Shown here: in pieces, positions 9,296 through 17,968 of the stretch
How the letters are laid out: every line of letters begins with the position of its first letter
How positions within the stretch are numbered: position 1 is the stretch's first letter
Assembly: GCA_902796415.1 (NCBI GenBank)
Contig: CADBOX010000011.1
Span: 1 to 46,228, forward strand
Source: an uncultured Lachnospiraceae bacterium
GTDB taxonomy: Bacteria > Bacillota > Clostridia > Lachnospirales > Lachnospiraceae
Reading direction: 5' to 3'
DNA: 46,228 nucleotides
Notes under the pieces: model-generated
What the model saw: only the letters and a program-made list of their open reading frames with translations
Told to the model about the DNA's origin: nothing
The model's database searches: none
Position numbers and translations under genes: made by a program

Positions 9296-10219
9296 ATGAA
9301 CCAGGTGCTGTTGATCGTGAACCCAAAATCCGGACGTGGTATGGTAGGAAAATACCTTCTGGACATCATAGATACCTTTTCGAAGAAGGGTATTTTTCTG
9401 ACAACCTATGTAACACAATCTAAATCAGATGCCTACAGAACAGCCAAGTATCAGGCCGGCAATTTTGATGTGATTATGTGCACAGGGGGAGACGGAACAC
9501 TGGATGAAGTCGTGGCAGGTGTCTCAAAATCCGGATATAAGCCGAGAATAGGATATATTCCCTCCGGCAGCACCAATGATTTCGCACACAGCCTTCAGCT
9601 GCCCTCTGACATGAAAAAATCCGCGGAGATCATCGCGGATGAAAATGTGTTTACGGTGGATATCGGTACCTTCAACAACTGGTATTTTGTCTACGTGGCA
9701 GCCTTTGGAGTATTTGCTGATGTCTCCTACAAGACAAACCAGGATATGAAAAATATGTTAGGCCATATGGCGTATGTCCTGGAAGGTGCGAAAAGCCTGT
9801 TTGATATCAAACCTTACCATATGGTGGTTACGATTGATGAAGATACTGTGATCGAAGGGGACTTTATCTTTGGCATGGTAACAAATTCCGAATCTGTGGG
9901 CGGGGTAAACAATATCGCAGGAAATGATGTGGAATTGGATGATGGTTATTTCGAGGTTGTCCTGGTCCGCAACCCGGTCACACCTTTCGACTGGCAACCC
10001 ATCATCTCCGGTCTGATGAGCAGAGAAGGGGACGGTGAATTCATCTATTATATGAAAGCCAAGGAAGTACATATCAGCAGTTCCGAACCGGTCGCCTGGA
10101 CGGTGGACGGTGAGGAGGGCGGAAGCCACCAGGAGGTGGATATCGTCGTCCATAAACAGATGCAGGATATTTTTGTGGAGAAGAAATATCTGGAGTTGAT
10201 AGGGAAAAATAAAGAGTAA
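9296..10219 (+). CDS. Diacylglycerol/lipid kinase family protein (YegS/DagK/BmrU)
   Basis: NPKSG, GGDGTL, PSGSTNDFA and DGE motifs. Confidence 0.9.
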   Translation: MNQVLLIVNPKSGRGMVGKYLLDIIDTFSKKGIFLTTYVTQSKSDAYRTAKYQAGNFDVIMCTGGDGTLDEVVAGVSKSGYKPRIGYIPSGSTNDFAHSLQLPSDMKKSAEIIADENVFTVDIGTFNNWYFVYVAAFGVFADVSYKTNQDMKNMLGHMAYVLEGAKSLFDIKPYHMVVTIDEDTVIEGDFIFGMVTNSESVGGVNNIAGNDVELDDGYFEVVLVRNPVTPFDWQPIISGLMSREGDGEFIYYMKAKEVHISSSEPVAWTVDGEEGGSHQEVDIVVHKQMQDIFVEKKYLELIGKNKE

Positions 10220-10227
10220 ATAAGTAA

Positions 10228-10269
10228 AGGAGGTTACATCCGCTTTCCGAAGTCAGCGGGTAACCTCCT
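10228..10269. terminator. Hairpin between convergent genes, probable bidirectional terminator
   Basis: AGGAGGTTAC...GTAACCTCCT inverted repeat. Confidence 0.65.
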
Positions 10270-10274
10270 GTTCT

Positions 10275-12221
10275 TTATTTTGTGAGAAGATTAAGTATCT
10301 TGTTGGATCTGGTGACAAATGCGGTCATCTCTTCCGGTTTTAACGGGTGATTGGAAATCTTTGCGAGATCGTAGATCTGCTGACAGATCATCTCCGTGTT
10401 CTCGTTTTCCGGATTGTCCATGACGAACTGTACCAGTTTATTGTTAACATTCAGTACGAGTGTCTCACCCTGGGCTCCCATACCGGTAAGACTACTTTCC
10501 ATTCCATACATTTCCATCATCTCAGCCATTCGTCTGGTCTGTTCCTGAACCGTGATCATGGAGGTGATCTCCGGATTCTTCAGTTTTTCAACCTTGATGA
10601 TCAGGTGTTCTTCGCCGGTGGCTTTCTTGAAGATCTCGGCAAGCTTGTCTGTGATGCTCTTGGCATCTTCTTCGGACAGCTCCTCCTTCAGGGTTTCGGT
10701 CAGATCGGAATCAATGCGCAGGAACTGTACATCCTGATTTCTCCGCTCAAGGTAGGTGATGAAGGTGTTGTCAATCAGCTCTGTGAGATAGACAGCATCG
10801 ATACCCTGCTCCTTGAACATGTTCATATACTGAGACTGAACCAGCTCATCGGAGATGTAGAATACCTTGTTTTCGTTGGTTTCCTTGGCAGCCTCCAGAT
10901 ATTCCGGAAGGGTGATGTATTTTTGTTCCATGTTCTTGAAAATGATATAATCTTTCATCCTGTCGCTGAATTTGTCATCACGGATGCATCCGAACTTGAT
11001 GAAAGGTGAGATATCATCCCAGTATTTCTCATAAGATTCCCGGTCTGTCTTGCACATACCGGATAGTTTTTCTGCCACTTTTTTAGTGATATAGTCAGCG
11101 ATTTTTTTCACGAATCCATCATTCTGCAGAGCACTTCTGGATACATTGAGGGGCAGGTCCGGACAATCGATGCAGCCTTTTAACAGAAGAAGGTATTCCG
11201 GGATAACTTCCTTGATATTATCTGCGATGAAGACCTGGTTGTTGTATAATTTGATAGTTCCCTCGATGGTGTCATACTGCGTATTGATCTTTGGGAAATA
11301 CAGGATTCCCTTCAGATTAAAGGGGTAATCCATATTCAGATGGATCCAGAACAAGGGCTCCTTGAAATCATGGAATACGTTTCGGTAGAATTCTTTGTAC
11401 TCCTCTTCCGTGCAGTCATTCGGATGTTTTGCCCACAGAGGAGTCGTCTGGTTGATTGGTTCCGGACCTTTCTCTTCCTCTTCTTCCTCTTCTTCATCTT
11501 CCAGGGTGACATCCCCGTTTTCGTCCTTCTCTTCTTCAGAGGGTTCCATGTCGATGACTTCTTCTTTTTCTTCCTGCTCCGGCTGCTCGGCATCTTCATT
11601 CTCAAAATAGATCGGTACCGGCATAAAGGAGCAGTATTTCTCCAGAACTTCTCTGCAGCGGTATTCATTGGAGAACTCAAAACTATCATCATTGAGATAC
11701 AGTGTGACAGTTGTACCTCTCTCGGTTTTATCCCCCTCATTCATATCGAACTCGGTTCCGCCGTCACATTCCCAGTGAACCGGAACGGCCCCTTCTTTAT
11801 AAGACAGGGAATCGATGGTGACGCGGTCGGCAACCATATAGGCAGAGTAGAAACCAAGACCGAAATGACCGATGATCTGGTCTTCGTTTGTCTTATCTTT
11901 ATACTGGGCCATAAATGCTTCCGCACCGGAGAACGCAATCTGATTAATGTATTCGTCCACTTCGTCTTCTGTCATTCCGATACCGTTATCGATAAACTGG
12001 ATTGTCTTATCTTCAGGACTTACGATCACCTTCACCATATATTCTTCTTCTTCCGGTTTCTCGAATTCCCCGATCATCTCCAGTTTTTTCAACTTGGTCA
12101 CGGCATCACAACCGTTGCTCACCAGTTCTCTTACGAAGATATCGTGATCAGAATAAAGCCATTTTTTAATAATAGGAAAAATATTTTCACTGTTGATCGA
12201 TAGATTTCCTCTTTTTGCCAT
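10275..12221 (-). CDS. htpG: Molecular chaperone HtpG (Hsp90)
   Basis: FVRELVSNGCDA, DNGIGM, IGHFGLGFYS and DLPLNVSRS motifs. Confidence 0.97.
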   Translation of the reverse strand: MAKRGNLSINSENIFPIIKKWLYSDHDIFVRELVSNGCDAVTKLKKLEMIGEFEKPEEEEYMVKVIVSPEDKTIQFIDNGIGMTEDEVDEYINQIAFSGAEAFMAQYKDKTNEDQIIGHFGLGFYSAYMVADRVTIDSLSYKEGAVPVHWECDGGTEFDMNEGDKTERGTTVTLYLNDDSFEFSNEYRCREVLEKYCSFMPVPIYFENEDAEQPEQEEKEEVIDMEPSEEEKDENGDVTLEDEEEEEEEEKGPEPINQTTPLWAKHPNDCTEEEYKEFYRNVFHDFKEPLFWIHLNMDYPFNLKGILYFPKINTQYDTIEGTIKLYNNQVFIADNIKEVIPEYLLLLKGCIDCPDLPLNVSRSALQNDGFVKKIADYITKKVAEKLSGMCKTDRESYEKYWDDISPFIKFGCIRDDKFSDRMKDYIIFKNMEQKYITLPEYLEAAKETNENKVFYISDELVQSQYMNMFKEQGIDAVYLTELIDNTFITYLERRNQDVQFLRIDSDLTETLKEELSEEDAKSITDKLAEIFKKATGEEHLIIKVEKLKNPEITSMITVQEQTRRMAEMMEMYGMESSLTGMGAQGETLVLNVNNKLVQFVMDNPENENTEMICQQIYDLAKISNHPLKPEEMTAFVTRSNKILNLLTK

Positions 12222-12260
12222 ATAAATTACTTCCTTTCTTATTTCATTACCTTTGTACCA

Positions 12261-12289
12261 ATACTAACCCCGCCCGGATAGAATGTCAA
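12261..12289 (-). promoter_or_regulatory. Sigma-A promoter of htpG
   Basis: Minus strand TTGACA-N17-TAGTAT. Confidence 0.75.
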
Positions 12290-12296
12290 GAGAAAA

Positions 12297-12323
12297 CTAG
12301 CACTCAATTTATAAGAGTGCTAA
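12297..12323. promoter_or_regulatory. CIRCE element (HrcA operator)
   Basis: CTAGCACTC-N9-GAGTGCTAA, one mismatch to TTAGCACTC-N9-GAGTGCTAA. Confidence 0.93.
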
Positions 12324-12353
12324 CAAAAAATGGATGTTTTTTTGGCTCAGGGT

Positions 12354-12382
12354 TTGACAAATAAAAAAAAAGAGCATACAAT
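12354..12382 (+). promoter_or_regulatory. Sigma-A promoter of the COG0523 GTPase operon
   Basis: TTGACA-N17-TACAAT. Confidence 0.75.
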
Positions 12383-12445
12383 CAACTATTAAAAGGAAAA
12401 ATTCAGGTAAGTTCAGTGTATTATATAGAGAAAGGGCTGAGTATT

Positions 12446-13522
12446 ATGACTAAGATTGATATCATATCCGGTTTTCTTGGGGCCGGTAAGACAACTTTGA
12501 TTAAAAAGCTCATCGAAGAGGCTTTTATGGATGAGCAGGTGGTGCTGATTGAGAATGAATTTGGAGAGATCGGAATCGACAGTGGATTCCTCAAAGAATC
12601 CGGCATCCAGATTAATGAGATGAACTCCGGCTGTATCTGTTGCTCTCTGGTGGGAGATTTCAAGACAGCTTTAGGGGAAGTATTGGATCAGTTTCACCCG
12701 GATCGTATCGTCATTGAACCTTCAGGTGTAGGGAAACTCTCCGATGTCATGAGTGCTGTTGGAAATGTGGTTTCTGATGATGTGGTACTTAACTCCCACA
12801 TCGCGGTATCCGATGCCAAACGTGCCAAGACCTATATCAAAAACTTTGGTGAATTTTATAAAAACCAGATTGAATATGCCAGTGCCATCATCTTATCCAG
12901 GACACAGGACATGAAGGAAGACAAGCTGGAGAAAACCATCGAATTACTTCGCAACCTGAATGACAGATCTCCGATTGTTACAACTCCCTGGGATCAGCTT
13001 ACCGGAAAACAACTGCTGGAAGTCATCGAGGGGAAGAACTCCTTTGAAGAGGAAATGATTGCCGCAGCTCAGGCTGCAGCTGAAGCTCATGCGAAAGAGC
13101 ATGAGGAAGAGCACGAGCATCATCACCACCATGACCATGAGGAAGAGCACGAGCACCATCACCACCATGACCATGAGGAAGAGCACGAGCATCATCACCA
13201 TCACGACCATGGACATGGCCATCATCACCACCATCATGCGGAAGATATCTTCAGTGAGTGGGGCAAAGAGTCGCCCAAGAAATTCACAAAAGAGAAGATC
13301 GAGAATATCCTTGCTCAACTGTCAGAAGAAGATTCCACAGAATATGGTACCATTCTCCGCGCAAAAGGAATCATTCCTTCCGAAGATGGCAGATGGTTTC
13401 ATTTTGACCTGGTTCCGGGGGAGACGGAAGTGCGTTATGGCAGTCCGGATTATACTGGAAGGATCTGTGTCATCGGTGCTGATCTGAAGGAAGATAAATT
13501 AGCAGAATTATTTGGTTTATAA
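12446..13522 (+). CDS. CobW/COG0523 G3E metallochaperone GTPase with His-rich insert
   Basis: GFLGAGKTT, ENEFG, GCICC, IEPSG motifs, CobW_C-like RAKG region and His/Glu tract. Start at ATG 12446 after AAAGGG. Confidence 0.92.
   Translation: MTKIDIISGFLGAGKTTLIKKLIEEAFMDEQVVLIENEFGEIGIDSGFLKESGIQINEMNSGCICCSLVGDFKTALGEVLDQFHPDRIVIEPSGVGKLSDVMSAVGNVVSDDVVLNSHIAVSDAKRAKTYIKNFGEFYKNQIEYASAIILSRTQDMKEDKLEKTIELLRNLNDRSPIVTTPWDQLTGKQLLEVIEGKNSFEEEMIAAAQAAAEAHAKEHEEEHEHHHHHDHEEEHEHHHHHDHEEEHEHHHHHDHGHGHHHHHHAEDIFSEWGKESPKKFTKEKIENILAQLSEEDSTEYGTILRAKGIIPSEDGRWFHFDLVPGETEVRYGSPDYTGRICVIGADLKEDKLAELFGL
13100..13207 (+). repeat. Three 36-bp tandem repeats encoding HEEEHEHHHHHD
   Basis: Units at 13100, 13136 and 13172 differ only at synonymous CAT/CAC positions. 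Confidence 0.95.
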
Positions 13523-13543
13523 AGAGGACTAGTTGGAGGAAAT

Positions 13544-14512
13544 ATGGCAAATAATCAGAAGAATGAGATTCCCGTTTATCTGTTTATGGGATTTCTTGAC
13601 AGTGGGAAAACCTCATTTATTCAGGACACTCTGGAGGAGGATTATTTTAATAATGGAGATAAAACTCTTCTGATTGCCTGTGAAGAAGGAGAGGAAGAGT
13701 ACGAGGACCAGATACTCGCTGATTCCAACACAGCGATTGTTTATGTTGATGAGGAAGAGGATCTCTCCAGAGAATACTTTCTGAACCTGATCGAGTCTCA
13801 CCAGCCGGAGAGGATTCTGATTGAGCACAATGGTATGTGGTCCATCGAGAAATTGTGTCTGGCGATGGAAGGGACACCCATGATGATCTATCAGACGATC
13901 GTTATGGTGAATGCCGAGACATTCGATCTCTATATGAACAATATGCGGTCTCTGGCTGTGGAGATGTTCAAAATCGGCGAGATGGTCATCTTTAACCGGT
14001 GCACAAAAGATACACCAAGGGCAACTTACCGGAGAAGCATCAAAGCCGTAAACCGACGCGCTCAGGTTCTGTTTGAATCCAGTGATGAGGACCTGGGAGA
14101 GGAAGACGAGACCCTTCCTTTCGACGTGGAGGGCGATGAGATCGTTCTGGAAGATGAGGATTTCGGAATATGGTTTGTGGATGCTGGAGAACGTCCCGAT
14201 GTTTACAGGGGAAAGACGATCACGATGAAGACTCTGGTTTTCAAAAGTGTCCGTTTCCCGAAAGGGACCTTTGTCCCAGGCAGACATGCTATGACTTGCT
14301 GTGCCGATGATATCCAATTTATCGGCTATCTTTGTCACACCAATCATGCAAAGTCTTCCAGCTTAAAAGCAATCAAGAATAAGATGTGGATCATGCTTAC
14401 TGCCCAGATACGATATGAGTACAATGACCAGTATGGAGAAGAAGGTCCTGTATTATATGCAACACGTATCGAGGCGGCGGAGAAGCCGGAAGATCCATTG
14501 ATTTATTTCTGA
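13544..14512 (+). CDS. CobW-like GTPase domain fused to a TIGR03943/DUF1980-like C-terminal domain
   Basis: N-terminal GFLDSGKTS and IEHNG; C-terminal GRHAMTCCADD motif. Confidence 0.75.
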   Translation: MANNQKNEIPVYLFMGFLDSGKTSFIQDTLEEDYFNNGDKTLLIACEEGEEEYEDQILADSNTAIVYVDEEEDLSREYFLNLIESHQPERILIEHNGMWSIEKLCLAMEGTPMMIYQTIVMVNAETFDLYMNNMRSLAVEMFKIGEMVIFNRCTKDTPRATYRRSIKAVNRRAQVLFESSDEDLGEEDETLPFDVEGDEIVLEDEDFGIWFVDAGERPDVYRGKTITMKTLVFKSVRFPKGTFVPGRHAMTCCADDIQFIGYLCHTNHAKSSSLKAIKNKMWIMLTAQIRYEYNDQYGEEGPVLYATRIEAAEKPEDPLIYF

Positions 14513-14621
14513 TATGCCCGGTTTCAATTGTAATGAAGTCGTAAGATTATGATTCTTTACAAAGAAAATCATATAGAGTATTCTCTTTTTATGACCAGTA
14601 AGCCTTGGAGGAGAAATACTC

Positions 14622-15779
14622 ATGAGTACACTGTACCATTGGAGAAAAGGCGGTGTTCTGTTAACCGCTGGTTTCCTTGCCTTTACGTCCTGCTCCTGTT
14701 CGAATGCCGGCGACAGCATGCCTTCGGATGAGACAAGCACTCAGATTGAAGAAGAGGTTCAGACGGAGGGAATTCAGATCGATGAAGAACTGTCAGCCTA
14801 TGTGGCGGACGGTGTGGTTCTGCCGGAAGATTTCAATTTTATGATCTACCCTGTGGAGGCTCTTATGGTTGGATCTTATACCCAGGGTCTTCCTTATTAT
14901 AATGTACATAATGTACAGGGTCAGGCAAAATCTTTCTGGTTTCCCATGGCCGTATTATCTTCTTTACTGGAAGAGCACGGAGTTATGGGTAAATCATTAA
15001 ATGACAATTATTGTCTGTATAGTGAAGAAGAGATAGATTCTTTCGCAGCAGCTTTATACAGCAGCTTTGCATCCGGTAACATGCAGATTCCTGACACGGT
15101 GGATGGGGAGCCATATGTTATATACCATGAAGAGTCAGGCCAATATGCCATGTTGAATGGAAATATCGGAGATCTGGGCATACGGATCACGGGCTGCACG
15201 CCCTCCGATTCCGGTTATATGATAGAGACGGAATTACTGGATCTGGAATCCGGAGAAGGGATCACCGAGTATCAGGTTTCAATAGAACCCCGGGAAAAAT
15301 CAGCCGGTGATGGACTCTTTGGTTATTCTGTCAGTGGTTTGACGGAGATAACCGCTGCCGGGGAAGAAATGAAGAACGAGGAAGCTCTGGCAACTTCTGA
15401 ATCCCCGGTCCTTATGGCAGATCCGGATAAAGATCTGAAAGCCGCCGCAGCTGAAGGGAAGAATGAAGAACAAAAAGATTCTTCGGATGTTGCGGACAGT
15501 AAACAGGAAGAAAGGGAGCCAAGGGAAGTGACTCCTGATCAGACGGATTCCGAAGAGAGAATACAGCAGGCAGATGCCTTGAATCTCGCCAGGAGTTTTA
15601 TGGGTGAGGAATACGTTCTTACTTATAAACAGATGATAAGCCTGTCTGATCGTGAATACTATGACTTCTCACTGGAAGGGAGTGAGTCCGGATCCACAGA
15701 TGTTCTAGTCAGTGTGGATGGATCCGATATCCTTACCGGTGTACAGAATATGGATGGCTCATGGACCCTGGATCCCTGA
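14622..15779 (+). CDS. Hypothetical lipoprotein
   Basis: SD GGAGGAG; basic N-terminus, hydrophobic stretch and lipobox-like FTSCSC; acidic body. Confidence 0.7.
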   Translation: MSTLYHWRKGGVLLTAGFLAFTSCSCSNAGDSMPSDETSTQIEEEVQTEGIQIDEELSAYVADGVVLPEDFNFMIYPVEALMVGSYTQGLPYYNVHNVQGQAKSFWFPMAVLSSLLEEHGVMGKSLNDNYCLYSEEEIDSFAAALYSSFASGNMQIPDTVDGEPYVIYHEESGQYAMLNGNIGDLGIRITGCTPSDSGYMIETELLDLESGEGITEYQVSIEPREKSAGDGLFGYSVSGLTEITAAGEEMKNEEALATSESPVLMADPDKDLKAAAAEGKNEEQKDSSDVADSKQEEREPREVTPDQTDSEERIQQADALNLARSFMGEEYVLTYKQMISLSDREYYDFSLEGSESGSTDVLVSVDGSDILTGVQNMDGSWTLDP

Positions 15780-15833
15780 GCAGAAGATCGATCAAAGATG
15801 AAAACCTGATTATTAAACAGCATATAGAAGATC

Positions 15834-15879
15834 AAAGACAGAATTCCTTTCCGGACAAAAGGAATTCTGTCTTTTTTTT
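15834..15879 (+). terminator. Intrinsic terminator
   Basis: AAAGACAGAATTCCTTT-N7-AAAGGAATTCTGTCTTT followed by a T tract. Confidence 0.9.
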
Positions 15880-16157
15880 GGTGAAATAAGGGTGATATCA
15901 GATTTCTTAACAATGAGGGGAGAGACCCGATGACATAATACAGTAAAATAATCACTGCCGGTACATAGTTTTTATCAATTATTTACTGTTATAATCAATT
16001 AATTACTAGATACTGTGAAATATGACAAAAATCAAAGATACTTTTTGGTAAAAAGTAAGATAAAAATATGTCATACTGTAAATTATTTCCATATTCAGGT
16101 AGGAATATAGAAAAACTTAACAAGAAAAGATAAAGTCTATAGTAAAAAACACAGAAT

Positions 16158-16172
16158 AAATGGGTAACCCAA
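16158..16172. promoter_or_regulatory. Putative FadR/LldR-type operator 1
   Basis: AAATGGGTAACCCAA with palindromic core TGGGT-A-ACCCA; identical copy at 16274. Confidence 0.65.
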
Positions 16173-16235
16173 TTATAAAATGCAAACAAATAAAGTTAAG
16201 AAAACAGTAAAAGATGACGAAAAAAATATTGATTA

Positions 16236-16264
16236 TTGCATAATTATCTGAAAATTATTATAAT
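16236..16264 (+). promoter_or_regulatory. Sigma-A promoter of the lactate operon with a CodY-like box in the spacer
   Basis: TTGCAT-N17-TATAAT; AATTATCTGAAAATT at 16242-16256 matches AATTTTCWGAAAATT at 14/15. Confidence 0.7.
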
Positions 16265-16273
16265 AAAAGCAAG

Positions 16274-16288
16274 AAATGGGTAACCCAA
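16274..16288. promoter_or_regulatory. Putative FadR/LldR-type operator 2
   Basis: AAATGGGTAACCCAA just downstream of the -10 box. Confidence 0.65.
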
Positions 16289-16334
16289 AAATGTATCAAC
16301 TACTTACACATCATTTAACATCGGAGGTTTTAAA

Positions 16335-17891
16335 ATGCTATTTGTAAAATTCTTATTGGCAATGATTCCTATCCTTTGGCTGATCATCGCTCTCAGTATC
16401 CTGAAAATTCCAGGACACAAGGCTTGTATCATCGCCCTGGTTATCACTGCGGTTTTATCCGTCGCTTATTGGAAACTCAGTGTGATCAATACAGTCACGG
16501 GAGCTTTGGAAGGTGTTCTCAATGCACTGTGGCCTATCTGTCTCGTAATCATTGCTGCCTTGTTTACTTATAATCTTACTTTAAAGACCGGTGCCATGGA
16601 TACGATCAAGAAGATGCTTGCCGGTGTATCCACCGACAAACGTATTCTCCTTCTTATCATCGGATGGGGATTTGGTAACTTCATGGAAGGTATGGCAGGT
16701 TTCGGTACTGCTGTTGCAATTCCTGCCTCCATGCTGGTAGCCGTTGGCCTGGATCCTCTCGGTTCCGTTCTGGCTTGCTTCTGTGCTAACACAACACCTA
16801 CAGCTTTTGGTTCTGTCGGTGTTCCTACCACTACCTTGGCAACTGTTACAAACCTGGACGTACTGCCCCTGTCAGGAGATGTTGCCACGATCCAGCTTAT
16901 TTTGACCCTGCTTTCCCCGTTTATCATGGTAATAATCATTGGAAAGGGCATTAAAGCTCTGAAGGGAATGATTCCATTTACCGTAGTAGCTTCCCTTTCT
17001 TTCGTGGTTCCATGGTTCTTTGCAGCCCATGTAATCGGATGTGAACTTCCGGATATCATCGGATCCATCATCTCCCTGGTTATTATGGTTCTGGCTGCAA
17101 GAATATTAGGACCTAAGGGTGAGACAGAGTATTCCATTGTACTTGAACAGAAAGAAGAAAGCAGTATTACAGCCAAGGAAGGTATCGTTGCATGGAGCCC
17201 CTTTATTCTGATTTTTATTCTGCTCATGATCACTTCCAAACTGTGCCCGCCGATTCAGAATGCCATCGCAGGTATCAAGTCAAACGTCATCGTATATGCA
17301 GACAAAGAGGTTGGAGCAACCCTTGGATTCAGCTGGATTAACACTCCTGGTGTCATGATCTTCATCGCTGCCATTATCGGCGGGCTGATCCAGAAAGCAT
17401 CTTTTGGAGATATGGCCAGCGTTCTGGCTGCCACATTAAAGACTTATTGGAAGACCATTGTAACCATCTGCTCTGTTGTGGCGGTGGCCAAGGTTATGGG
17501 CTACAGTGGAATGACTAAGGATATCGCCAACTTCCTGGTAGCAGTAACCGGTCCGATCCATATCTATCCATTGATTTCTCCGCTGATTGGAGCCATCGGA
17601 GCCTTTGTAACCGGTTCCGGAACTTCCACCTGTGTTCTTTTCGGACCACTGCAGGCTTCCACCGCTTCACAGCTTGGCCTGAGTCCTTCCTGGATCGCAG
17701 CTGCCAATGTTATGGGAGCAGGTATCGGTAAGATGATCAGTCCGCAGGGTATTGCCATCGGAGCCGGAGCCATCAGTATGGTCGGAAAAGAAAGTGAGAT
17801 CTTAAGTGCTGTATTTAAATACTTTGTCCTCTATGTGGTTATTGCCGGAATCGTATGTTTTGCAGGAACCATGATGGGATTTGGCGCTTAA
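16335..17891 (+). CDS. lctP: L-lactate permease (LctP/LldP family)
   Basis: Polytopic membrane protein with FMEGMAGFGTAVAI, ANTTPTAFGSVG and GKMISPQ motifs; SD GGAGG. Confidence 0.93.
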   Translation: MLFVKFLLAMIPILWLIIALSILKIPGHKACIIALVITAVLSVAYWKLSVINTVTGALEGVLNALWPICLVIIAALFTYNLTLKTGAMDTIKKMLAGVSTDKRILLLIIGWGFGNFMEGMAGFGTAVAIPASMLVAVGLDPLGSVLACFCANTTPTAFGSVGVPTTTLATVTNLDVLPLSGDVATIQLILTLLSPFIMVIIIGKGIKALKGMIPFTVVASLSFVVPWFFAAHVIGCELPDIIGSIISLVIMVLAARILGPKGETEYSIVLEQKEESSITAKEGIVAWSPFILIFILLMITSKLCPPIQNAIAGIKSNVIVYADKEVGATLGFSWINTPGVMIFIAAIIGGLIQKASFGDMASVLAATLKTYWKTIVTICSVVAVAKVMGYSGMTKDIANFLVAVTGPIHIYPLISPLIGAIGAFVTGSGTSTCVLFGPLQASTASQLGLSPSWIAAANVMGAGIGKMISPQGIAIGAGAISMVGKESEILSAVFKYFVLYVVIAGIVCFAGTMMGFGA

Positions 17892-17968
17892 AGGATAAAA
17901 AAAGAGTATCATTATAAAACTAAATCAAAATAGACAATCCTATAACTATTATTAAGGGAGGTAGAACG

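Noticed and set aside
13100-13207. 36-bp repeats as a CRISPR array
   Set aside because: No spacers, in-frame coding repeats, and no cas genes. No CRISPR array was seen anywhere in the window.
14535-14555. Zur-box-like palindrome GAAGTCGTAAGATTATGATTC
   Set aside because: Half-site spacing is one base shorter than the Firmicute Zur consensus, and it lies downstream of the COG0523 genes rather than upstream.
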